Origin: Yuukianura sp. NJ FZ-2021
Taxonomy: Eukaryota
Length of the DNA: 64,000 nucleotides
Direction of reading: 5' to 3'
Assembly (NCBI GenBank): GCA_046563655.1
Contig: CM102285.1
Location: forward strand, 7,626,001 to 7,690,000
Position 1 is the first letter of the stretch; each line of letters starts with the position of its first letter. The position numbers and the translations under genes are program-made. Positions 28,888-40,500 of this stretch are shown here, one piece after another. Under the pieces are notes generated by a model. The model ran no database searches. It was not told where the DNA came from and saw only the letters and a program-made list of their open reading frames with translations.

Positions 28888-29360
28888 TTCTTTTTCGTTG
28901 AATCTGTATCAGATTCTGCTCCACTATAGCGTGGGGATTCGATTCTCTCCTTGTTTCTTCCCCATTTTTTTCGTTTTCGCGTCAATTTCATAGACTTTGA
29001 CTCTTTGCCGCGTGATTTTTTCGATGTTTTGCGTGTTTCTGTGTCACTTGGCGACATCCGGTGTGGGATATGCTGTTCAAATGGCGACGTTTTTCCATGT
29101 TGCAGCGACGTTTCTTGCAACTTGCGAGGTAACTTGGACCGTCCGTCGGCATCGTCATCCTCAACTCTTGCGTTTCTTCGATTAGCCGATTCCAGAACTT
29201 GCAATTCTTCATTTGAGAGGAACCCCATTACCTGATTTGCATCCTCGTTTTTTGTTTTCTTGCTATACTTTGGCGTAACTTGTGCCGAATCCATTGTACC
29301 AGTGTCGCTCTCAGTCAAAAACACCCTTGTGGTCACTTTGACTTCCTGCTTTGCCAGCAC
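28854..29360 (-). CDS. Small basic, low-complexity protein upstream of and overlapping the MCP
   Basis: 168-aa ORF with a Lys/Arg-rich C-half (KKSRGKESKSMKLTRKRKK); function unknown. Confidence 0.45.
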   Translation of the reverse strand: MLAKQEVKVTTRVFLTESDTGTMDSAQVTPKYSKKTKNEDANQVMGFLSNEELQVLESANRRNARVEDDDADGRSKLPRKLQETSLQHGKTSPFEQHIPHRMSPSDTETRKTSKKSRGKESKSMKLTRKRKKWGRNKERIESPRYSGAESDTDSTKKKCLACWTIISK

Positions 29361-29539
29361 GTCCTTTCCGGTTGCTCGTCAAACTACAAATGAGTATGGT
29401 TTGGTAAAGCAGTGAAGATTAAATGTTTTCCAAACTGGCCAGTTTATAATGTTCTGGCGCACACAGCATGCTGTATATACGCCAGGGTTCAGCAATAAAT
29501 GACGTCTCGAGACCACTTTTTATAATTTCACGAGTTTAT

Positions 29540-31017
29540 TTTATTGCACTTTCTAGAAAAAATTTGCAGAGGATTTTGAAACATTTTGCGACCAGCCACT
29601 CCCATTGGTGGGACTAGGCCATTTTTGAACGACATGCCGACCAATCAGAAGCGAGCTGCACGCCCATTGGCTGAAAATTGGTAAAAGGTTTGGGACTTTG
29701 ACTAATCAAATTGCAGCAATGTACTGGAGACGCCCACTGATGCAACGACTCGTCGACCAATCAGAAGCGAGATGGACGCCAAATGGCTGAAATTGGTTTA
29801 CAGGTTGGGATTTTTACCAAGCAAATTTCAGTATTTTACTGGCAAAGCCCTCTGGGGCAACAACAAGTCGACCAATCAAAAGCGAGCTGTACGCCAATTG
29901 GCTGAAATTGATACATGGGCTGGGATTTTGACCAATCAAATTTCAGTATCGTACTAGCCACGCCCTCTGGGAACGAACGTCGACCAATCAGAAGCCAGGT
30001 TGACGCGCTTTGTCGTCAAACTCGAGGGATTTGAACGTCCTTGGGCAATTGACTTGCGATAAAGCTATTTCTCTGCCCATTCAAAACGACTAGTATGTGT
30101 AGTTTAGAAGGAGCAGCGGACCAATAGTAAACGAGGTTGACGACTAGCGGCAGAAATTAGTCGGTGAGATTTGTGATTTTGAAAAAACCAATACCAAAAT
30201 GAGTACTGGGTATCGTATAAACTTGCGTACCAACACTCCACGCATCATAAACAACTAGATGGAAACGCCGACTAGTCAAATTGCGGCATTGAAATGGTTA
30301 CGCAATGCTTTTGCGGTGAGTGAAACGTTATTCACTCGGCGAAAAGCTAGACGGCAGACCTCACACCAATGCCCTTGTGCTTGCAAATTAGGTTTGTATT
30401 GCAAATAAGTTTGTATTTTGTACACGAGTCAATCAACTCACAAGGTCAAAAGTTTTCATTGCTTGAACTTGTCGTAAGTTTTTTTTCGTGCATTCTAATT
30501 AGCGATCGCGACACGGAAGTAATTGGCAATTAAAAAACCGCAAACGTGCAAGACGAACCGTAGGTTAGGTCTTGTGTCATCTCAAAATATTTTCGAAAGA
30601 TGTTTAGAAAGGAACCTGATGTTTAGAAAGAAATATTTTTGAGAATTTATTATTTAAAAGGGTTTCCGAGAAAAATAGTTTCCGGGAAAGTAGTATTTTC
30701 AAACACAAAGAAAAATTAAAAACCAAATTAAATACCAAGTTTAAAATAAGCCCAAGCTATAAAAAAAAACTAAAAAGTTGCATAAAAGTGCAAAGAAGAG
30801 AGGATTTTTTGGGTAGGTGCTTGGACTCAAACCACAAATCCGCAAAATATTTTTTTAAAATTAGTTTTAAAAACTAATTAAACTCTTAAACCTACAGTGA
30901 GCATGGGCAAAAAACCAAATATAAAAAGTTGCACAGAAGTGCAAAAAGAAAAGCATTTTGTGCAAAAGAAAAAAGGGGAAGGGGGGGGGGGGGAATTGGC
31001 CTCCCAACACATTGACT
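29540..31017. repeat. Right TIR with expanded ~115-bp CCAAT-rich tandem units
   Basis: CGACCAATC recurs at about 29638, 29754, 29869 and 29981; the left TIR has only one full unit. Confidence 0.9.
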
Positions 31018-32854
31018 GATGTGTACTTTTGTGTTGTCATTTGTTTTAGTACCAAGGCCGTTCACATTGAACCGGTAACAGGCCTCGACACTGAGACTTT
31101 CATTGGCACTTTGAAGCGGTTCGTAGCACGACGAGGATTACCGACTGCAATCTACTCTGACTGTGGAAGTAACTTCGTCGGAGAAAAAGAAAAACGAAAT
31201 GTCTGAATGGGTTAGTCTATTGGAAAAGTCTAATGATGAAATTAGCGATTTTTTAGGCAACCAAGGGATAGAGTGGAAGCTGAACCCACCAAACGCTCCA
31301 CACATGGGTGGACTCTGGGAAGCTTGTGTCAAATCCACCAAGTTTCATCTTAAACGTACCGTGGGAACTCAATGTCTGACACTGGAAGAGTTCTACACCA
31401 TCCTAGCCATGATCGAATCAGTTCTCAACTCCAGACCACTCTATGCCATGTCAGATGATCCGGATGGTTTTCAAGTACTCACTCCTGGTCATTTCCTAAT
31501 CGGTAGTCCTCTCACTGCCATACCGGAACCAAGTCTACTCCACCTCAAGGAGAATCGTTTGTCTCGGTGGCAGCATGTCCAGTTCATCTTGGAACACTTT
31601 TGGAAGAAATGGAGTACTGAGTACGTTCATACTCTTCAAGAACGGAGGAAGTGGAACTCAACTGAAAGCAATGTCAAAATCGGAGAATTAGTGCTGCTGA
31701 AAGATGACAATCATCCACCACTCCAATGGAAGATGGCCAGAGTCACTGGAATCTTCCCAGGAAACGATGATCTTGTCCGCACTGTTGAAGTGAAGTACAC
31801 TACATTCGATGACAAGACCAAGAAGCCAAAACTACACATTCAAACGACCAATTGTCAAAATCTGTCCACTTCTATCTCCAGATCCGTAACTGCAATAATT
31901 TTATTCATTTTAGCATATTCTTAATTTTAACTTTTCAATTTACCACTTAAAGTAGCGTAATTGTAGAGTTTAGATTAATGGGTATTTTAGGTTAAGGTGC
32001 AACACCAGAACAAGGCCACTTTCGAGTAATTTCAATTCTATTTTTGATACAATTTCAGATCTGAACCTCAATTTCTAAATCTTTCAATCCTGGAGAGGCA
32101 TTTGGTGTAGGGTCTAGCAAAGACCAATAATCCAGTTCCGCTTGGCTGGAAAGGAGACCTAGTCCACCTCCTAGGTCACCAAATCACCAAACTGCTTATC
32201 CCCTTCTCAATCCACTTTCAACTCCTTCAGATTTGAACTTGTAACTTTTTCAATTCTATTTTATTTTGATTTGGACCCTAGTGTCCAAATGGGGGCCGGT
32301 GTTCTGGCGTTAGCGTCAGAATTATTTTCTCTTTAATTTCACCTAAACTTTAGAACTAGAATTAGAATTAAATCTAGAGTGACTGAGATGAGATGAGACT
32401 CACTCAGCACTAGAAGAGAGTAACAGTACACCCAAAGTGGGAAAGTATAGGGTTAAGTAAAATAGGCCCACTCTCACTTTCAATTCAATGCTCCTCTCAA
32501 ATCAACACTCTTCCTATAGCTCTTAAGTTTAGTATTAAGAAGTGGAAAGAGCAGGAGCTCAGTCATGCGTATTACTTGCTCCGCCTATACCTCCACGTCA
32601 GCTCCACGTCTTCAACCATAGTACATAGCATAGAATACATACACAATTCAATAAGTCTTAGAATTCTCTACCAATTCAATTCGATCTTTTCAATTCAACT
32701 TTCAATTAATTGTTTTCTTTTCATTTTAAGTATTAAATTAAAGTAATTGGTTTATTTGACATTACTGGATTGGTCTCATCATCATTCACATCATTTCAAA
32801 TCCATTCTCACTGGCATTCTGCACATCTTATGGCCGCGATCAACTACATAAACA
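31018..32854 (+). mobile_element. 5'-truncated BEL/Pao LTR retrotransposon (integrase, PPT, 3' LTR)
   Basis: Integrase motifs CFSTKAVHIE, SDCGSNFVG, APHMGGLWE, LNSRPL, LTPGHFLIG with a frameshift near 31190; PPT GGGGGCCGG then LTR TGTT...AACA at about 32300-32854. Confidence 0.88.
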
Positions 32855-34552
32855 GCTCCCATCTAATCAATTAATTCATAAATTCCTACCAACCACATAC
32901 TTAATTATTCACTGGTCAATCAAACCCCCCCCCATCACACACCACCTAATTAATTAATTAATTAATTAATTTATTTATTTATTAATTAGCCTTTCTAATT
33001 ACCCTACCCTAACTCATGGCCTATACAAAACCCCTACCTGTCAATCATATTTTGATTGACATTTTCCGGCTATTTGCAGACATTGTACCTACTCATGTCA
33101 GCCAGTAGCAAAGTGTAGAAATTTTCAGTAGCATTAAACGACATTTGAGTCGCTGTTTGTTGCATAATCCATGCGAGGGCTCAAGTTTTCGTTATGACTC
33201 GGTCAAAAGGTCAAAACACGGTGTAGTTAGGAACGCTGGATTAAAAGGTTAAACAATGATTGAAACCTGTAAAAAGATTGGCTTTTGGCACGGTTTCAGC
33301 AGAGATTACTGTTAGGCTATTTGAAAGCTATTTTGAAGTTTTTCAAGTGAGGGATTTTGGCATTTGTGGTTAAATGCCAAGTCCATAAAATCCTCAAGAG
33401 CTTTTACTGAAAGAGGCTACGAAAGAACCAGTCAGCGGACTCGCCCAGAAGCCCAGAAGCAAGCAGAAACCATGTGAGAAACACTCTTGCTTTGCTCTAT
33501 TTATGCTGTTTGCCATCACTTTCACTTATGTGTAGAAAGTCTCTCCCGGGTTCCCCCTGATTTCTTTTCATATCCTCTCACCAGTTGGAAAATAAAATTT
33601 GGGAAGGATGGTGGAATTAGTCCCAGTCCTCTCATAACACCTTTCTCTGGTTTTTTGAGTAAGGCCAAAAATTATTGCGACCTATAAAGCTACACCATGT
33701 CCTTTCCTCCAGCTCTCTTACTTTTACGAAAAAAATTTTAAACACTCTCTTCGCAAAACGCAAGGAGAGACAGGACATCAATAAGAATAACGCCAAGGAA
33801 CGTTTCGTATATATGGTAGCGACTGAGAATTTAGAACTCGCACACTACGTAATCCTATCGTAACTGACAACTGAGACGAGAGAATGAATGAAAGAACAAA
33901 GAACAAAACTGACTTCTTTGTGTAATCAAATATTGTGACCATTCCTACTAGATTCTCAAGTCGCCCCAAACTCAGAGTCTCTGAACAGTAAGCTGTAAAA
34001 ATGGAAATCATGAACTCTGACCCAACTTTTTGCTGCACGTCCTGAGTGATTGGTACGACGGTCAGAAAACTACAACCACTTTTTTTTGCATTACCATGCG
34101 CTGCTAACTAACACAGCGGGCAGCTATTTTACAGGTATCTATACCCTTTGCCGCAGAACGCGGCGTTTTAGGCAAAAATCAGATGATTTCTGAAACATCG
34201 TCCAGATATCCATTGATTGTTGGAGGAAAGGCAAGTTTTCGTGTAAAAGCTGCCCGTTGCGATATTTAGCAGCCTCTGCTAATGCGAAAGGAGTGGCTGT
34301 AGTTTTCTGAGCGTTGTAAACACCATTCAGGACTTGATGGACCTGATGGAAAATCCGCACGTCGACGACTTTGTCCAACCGTCATTAAGCTATATTTGTC
34401 CAACCCTCATCGTTTTATATTTTTTATCTATTTCCCAATTTTTGACAATTTATTCAAAATATTTGTACACAAAATGTTTGTCAAGTTCAAAAATATCTGG
34501 ATACAAGCATGAATTCTGGAATTTCAAAAACCAAATACAGAGGAAGGGTTAG

Positions 34553-37500
34553 TGTTGAGAGTGCCGTCAAAACTACCCGTTTCGAGAACACTGCTCGAAT
34601 ACCAGTTGTCCTTTGTGGAAAAATGATTCGTAGTGATACTAAGGGTTGAAGTGTTTTTTAGTAGTTGTTTAATTAACGATTATCTTCTTACTACTAACAA
34701 TGTTCTCTTTTTTCTTAAATTGTATATATATGCACGCACACTTCCTTTTTTTTTTTTTGCAATATTTTCATCTAACATAACGAGGAAAAAAGGTGCCAAA
34801 CTCGGCAAGAGATGGCGTTATAACTCTAAACGAATCTTAGAATAAACACTAAATTAAAGTTACGTAGCCACTTTCTACATCCTCCCACCTTCTTTTGGGA
34901 ATACATATGAACCAAAAGAAATTATTCATAATTCCATTGTCCATACCGGCGTGGCAAAACGATCTTGCGTCCACTTCTTGTCTTGACCTCCCTGTCCTGT
35001 GAATCTTCTGGTTCACCCGACATTTCTTTTCGCTTGTCCGCCTCATCCGCCAGGTGTATTCCTTCCACTGGTACCTCCTCGGGTCGCGGAATCTCCAACG
35101 GGTAGAGTCTCTGCAGTGGCCTCACGATGATTCTGGTGTGGTACTTCATCTTGTTCTTGGATTTTGTTCCCAGGAGTACCTTCACTTTTGCAGTCCGAAT
35201 GTGTGAATCCTTTCCCGGTACCAAAGCCACAATTCGACCCATTGGCCACTGAAAACGTTTCTTGTCGTCTGATCCAACTAAAACGACGTCTCCTACCACG
35301 GGTAGCTTGATTTTCTTCTCTTGAGCCTTCTGGACGAGCAAGCTGAGGTATTCCTTGCGGAAACGGGCCTGTAGTGATTTCTTGAGTTCCTGGACCTTTT
35401 TGAATCTTTGTTGCAGTGTCTTGGAGTTTATCCTTTCTCCTTCTGGAAACTGGGCTTGTGAGAGACCACGAACAAACATCATGGGAGTCAAAGGTCTAAG
35501 ATCGTCAGTGTCCTCGGTGACAGTGGTGAGGGGTCGACTGTTGATTGTGGCTTCCACGGATGACAGACAGGTTCTGAGCTCGTCGTAATTCAGCTTCGCT
35601 TGTCCAAGCATCTTGCGAAGTAGATCCTTTGTTGATCGTACGAGCCTCTCCCACCATCCTCCCCACCATGCTGCGGTTGGCGGATTGAAGATCCAGCGAA
35701 TGCTCTTAACTTCACACTCTGTTTCAATTTTCTTCCAGTTGAGTAATTTGAACAAACTTGCTGCTCCCACGAAGTTTGTGCCATTGTCGCTGTGGAGCAC
35801 GTTAGGTCTGCCGTGTGTGTTGATGAAACGTTCCAAGGATCCAATAAACGCTTCTGTGCTGAGTGATACTACTTGGTCAAAATGGACTGCTCGGTAGACA
35901 GCGCAAGTGTACAGAACGATCCAGACTTTCGTGCCGTCATCTAAGGATAGTGGACCCGCTAAGTCAACTCCCACGTTTTGAAATGCCTCTGCAGCTTCAA
36001 CACGATGTACTGGTAGGGCTACGGGTTCCACAGCAAAGTTCTGAGTTGCATACCTCTTGCAAGTGACACAATTGCGGATGACCTTTGCCACCGCCCTTCT
36101 TCCCTGAAGAATCCAGAACTTCTCTCTAAGCGATCCCAACACCACTTGAATTCCGGCATGACAATTTGCAACGTGAATATGCCGTATCAATTGAGTGACG
36201 ATCGGATGGTCCTTTGGCAGTATGATGGGGCTTCTGAACTCAATCTTGTCAGTCCGAAACATGACCTTTGACCGGACCTTAAGAAGTCCATCTTCTAGCT
36301 TGACCTTAATCCCTTGAATATCATCGGCTCCACGAGGGAAGGCTTCGTCTTGGACGATTTTCATGAGTTGGTTCTGAGCGTCTCTCATTTTCTTGATTGT
36401 GTGGTACTGCGACAAGTCCCGTTTTTCTTTTGGCAGTCTAATATTCCTGACGAATCTGATAACCCACGCCATGACCTTCACATTTTTCGTGTAGACTGAA
36501 AATGGAAGTTGAAACGGTGCTGATTCGGAGATTACTGTCATCGTTCGAGTGGTCTTCTTCCTCTCAGCTATCACTTCCTGTTCGTTTACTACACACGTAT
36601 CAAAAGTGGGCCAATTTTCTTTTCGGTCGTAAAGCCATTTCGGTCCTGAGCTCCAGTCTGAAACCAGCAACTGAGCAGCTGTGCATCCACGGGAAGGCAA
36701 ATCAGCGGGGTTCATCTTGCCGGGAACGTGACGCCAGTCTTCAGACTTCGTGAGCGACAGAATCTCTTTGACTCGGTTACCAACGAAAGTACCCCAATCG
36801 TCGTTACGTTGGATCCAAGAAATAACCGTAGTCGAGTCACTCCAGAAATATTCTGTCACACCCTCCAAGCCCAGCGATTCCTTTGTAGTTTGCAGCAATC
36901 TGGCTCCGATTGTAGCTCCCATTAGCTCAAGGCGCGGAATACTTAATTTCTTTTCTGTACTGGTACCATCCTTGCCCCTTGCTTTCTTCAATGGTGCTAC
37001 GCGTGCTTTGGCTTGGACGAATCTCACGCTGACATCGTCTCCGTGTTCGGCCCTCAAGTAGATAACGGTAGCATAGGCATCTTTGCTTGCGTCGCAGAAA
37101 ACATGGACAGACAAACTTGTCGGTTCCACTCGGTATGGATTCAAATCCCTGGGAACTGTTGTGTCTCGCAATGCCGATGCTTCTTGTAGCCAAGAACGAA
37201 AACGAGCTGCCATGTCATCCTCAAGTTCTTCATCCCAAGTCACATCCTTGGCCCAGGTCTCTTGCAGAATGAGTTTCGGCGGAATGAGCGCAGGAGTGAC
37301 GAATCCCAGAGGATCAAAAACCTTGTGAACCGCAGACAAAATAGTTCTCTTGGTGATGACAGTGGGAAGTGGGGACTGCGTCAAGTCAATTTTTAGTTCA
37401 TCTCTTCTTTTGTCCCACTTGATCCCAAGAACTGATGTAACTTCTTTTCCAGATTCATCTTGTAGTTCGGCATCGATACTTCCGTACTCCCAGCATCTCA

Positions 37501-40500
37501 ATTCCATTTTCGCTTGTGCCATTAGAGATGTCGAATCGTTCCGGAACTTCTTGTACTCCTCGTTGCTGTTCAGTGACGTCACACAATTATCAACATAAAG
37601 TGATCTCCAGAGTTTGTCTGCTACTTCTTTGTCCTCCGGAGCGACGTTCTTCAAGTGGAGTTCGAGTACTGCTGCTAACAAGAAGGGGCTACAGTTGACA
37701 CCAAAAACGACTCGCTTGTGTCTGAATTCTTGCAGTGTCATCCCGTCAGGCTCCTCCCACCACAGAAACTTCAAAAAGTTTCTGTCTTCTTCTTCCACTT
37801 CGATCATCTGGAACGCTTTCCGGATGTCGCTGATTACTCCGATCTTGTTTTCCCGAAACCTCAGAAGAACAGTTGGAATTAATTCCATTAGGTTCGGGCC
37901 TTTGTGCAGGCAATCGTTTAGTGATGGTGCTCTTCTCGTCTTGCAGGAGGCATCAAACACCGGCCTGACAGGAGTCGTTAGACTTTCTGGCTTAAAAACT
38001 GGATGGTGAGGGAGATAGTGACCTTCTAGAGCTGTACCGGTGACCTTTTCAACAAATCCCTCCTGCAGCCATGTCTGAAAGATTTCATGGTACGCCTTCA
38101 GTTGACCCTTGTCTTGTAACTTTTTAGTAGCATTCAAGAGTCTCCGTTCGGCAATCACTCTGTTGCTGGGAATGTCAGGAGCTTCGTCGATCCACGGCAG
38201 TTTCACCTTGTACCGGCCATCATCGCTCCGAGTGACAGACTGGAGGAAGTGTTGTTTAGTTTCTAGTTCAACTTCCATCTTCGACTTGTGCTCTGCAGGA
38301 TCTTTGATACCAATTGTGTCCAAGTCCCAGAAACCAGTGACTGTCACGTCTTCAGCCAAGATGTGCATAGAGATGGCGGATCTTGCGGTACTTTCTGCGG
38401 AATTATTTACTTGTCCGGAAAGAGTCCAGCCAAACGTCGTTTCAATTGCTAGAAGTCCGTTTTGTAATTGATGACTTCTCCCAGTAAACATCTTTGTGTA
38501 GTAGTCAGAACCGATCAGGATCTCGACTTCTGGTGATCCACTGCCGACATCTGAGAGCCAAATATTTTTCTTCTTAAGCTCCTTCATCCAGGATCCTTTC
38601 AGCATACGTGGAACCGCTTCACAGATTTTGCTCTGGTCGAGTACTTGAATAGTTCCAGTCTCGCCCTTACTCCTTCCATGAGGCTGAAGATGAACTTCGT
38701 ACTTGTTGTGTTCTTGTGTGTAATTTCTTCCGCTGAAAAGAGTGTGTCTGAGTATGACTTGTCCACTTGGCAAGAGTTCGAGGTCTCGGGCAGTCGACTG
38801 TAGGATGTAAGAATGCTGCGCTCCAGGATCACAAAGTACTCGTAACGTCTTCTTCTTCCCATTGTTTACTGCAGTGACCAGTAAGGTCTGGAGTAGCACT
38901 TCAGTAGTACAACTAAGATTATTCTGCGTAGTTACTACTGTGTCATCCTTCTTAGGCTCATGTTTGTTGTGCTCATTCTTTTTCTTGACCTCGGGACACA
39001 TTACAGTTTGATGTTTCTTGTGACAGAGGAGACAGCTTACAAAAGACCTACATTTCTTAGAGTTGTGACCCACTTTTAGACAGAGAAAACAGGCATTCTT
39101 GTTTCTGATTTTGCTGTTCATTTCTTCAATCGTCATCTTCTGGGTTTTTCCACAATCCTTGCTCTCGTGTGCCTTGTCACAAAAGATACAGTTTGACGCA
39201 TTTCCAGAGAAGAGACCAGCAGCAGTAGGAACGTCGCTCTTTTCTCTTTGATTCTTCATTCTTGACGTTTCAGAAGCATTCGGGTTCCTTTTTTGATTTT
39301 TCTGGGTAAGACTCATGCTCTGGAAACCCTCCTGTGCCAACTGGATCCTCTGCTCATTCTTCACTTCAGATTTCAAAAACTCCATGAGCCGGTCCAAATT
39401 GGTTTTGTTGTCTCCACTCGTCCCTTGGCCAGTCGAAAGTGTACTTCGCTGCCAGGCTCTCAGTGTATCTTCTGGAAGGCTGGATTCGACCAAAGGAAAA
39501 AGCCACGTTGACGGATCTGCAGAAGCCAACTTGAGTGAATCCAGTGCACGGAGATGTGATTCAATCTGTAAGTACATCTTAGACACTGGAATTTTCTCCT
39601 TCTGAGTCACATTGTGGATGGCGAGTTTCAGCAGCTCCCGAACATAAACTTGAATCAGCAGTGACTCACTTCCAAAACGCTCTTTTAGAGCTTCGACTGC
39701 TTTGGGATAGTTCTCAGCTGTCTGTGGGAAACTGGTTACGAGCTCTCTCGGTTCAGTGCCTTTGTCGAGTGCTTGAATGAGGTACTGGAACTTGTCAGTT
39801 GCATGTAGAGTCTCGTCCTCGTCAATATTTTGAAATTGTGACCAGAAACTCAACCACTCCTTGAGATCTCCGTTAAACGTCCGGAGTTCAGTTTTCGGCA
39901 GTTTGAAGCTCCTTTTGTGTTCTTGGTTCGTTGTACGAGATGTAGCAGATTGACTTTCGTGTGGTGAGTTAGAGCGAACTGGATCAGGACGGAAGAGTAC
40001 TCCTTCGACCTTCAATTTTGCAGTGACGTACTTGTCGCTGTACTCTTCCACCACCTTCGTCTCCTCGTCTTGTTCTTCATCAGTGCAATCTGCGTTCAGC
40101 ATCGCGTCCATGATCGATTGGTCGATACCGCTAAGGTCAGTCATCGCCTTCTCCAACTTGAACAAGTGTACACGCAACAGCTGGAAGTCAGGCTCCTCCT
40201 TCGCAAGTTCGTCGTCGATCTGGTTTGTAGTTCTAGTCAGTTGTGCTCTTAATGGTCGTCTCAGTCGCCTTTCCCGTTCCATTGTCTCTGCTAGGGGGGT
40301 AACTCAGACCAAAAAAGACAGGTATTAGTACAACGTTCGTTCTAAGGTCCTTTATGGTACGGTATCGACCTTATCTATCCCCGAATGCTCGGGGCGGGGC
40401 CCACAAAGTGGCAAGTCAATTAACGTTCAATTGATTGTCTGGCGTATCCTCACGAGGTCAGCAATGCGTCCCTCGGTTGCTTGGATCTGCTATCGTATAT

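Larger units (their letters stand above)
26134..31017 (-). mobile_element. Minimal Polinton/Maverick (adintovirus)-derived element with very long TIRs
   Basis: Inverted repeats 26134-27374 and 29540-31017 with AGT...ACT termini enclose ~2.2 kb holding a major capsid ORF and a small basic ORF. No TSD visible. Confidence 0.8.

Noticed and set aside
28273..28929. 218-aa + strand ORF and similar antisense ORFs within BEL, CRE and Gypsy
   Set aside because: Shadow frames of the real coding strand, with no independent features.
38815..38835. DPG instead of DSG/DTG in the BEL protease, and YVDN in its RT, as inactivating changes
   Set aside because: BEL/Pao elements commonly vary at these motifs; this cannot be judged without an alignment.
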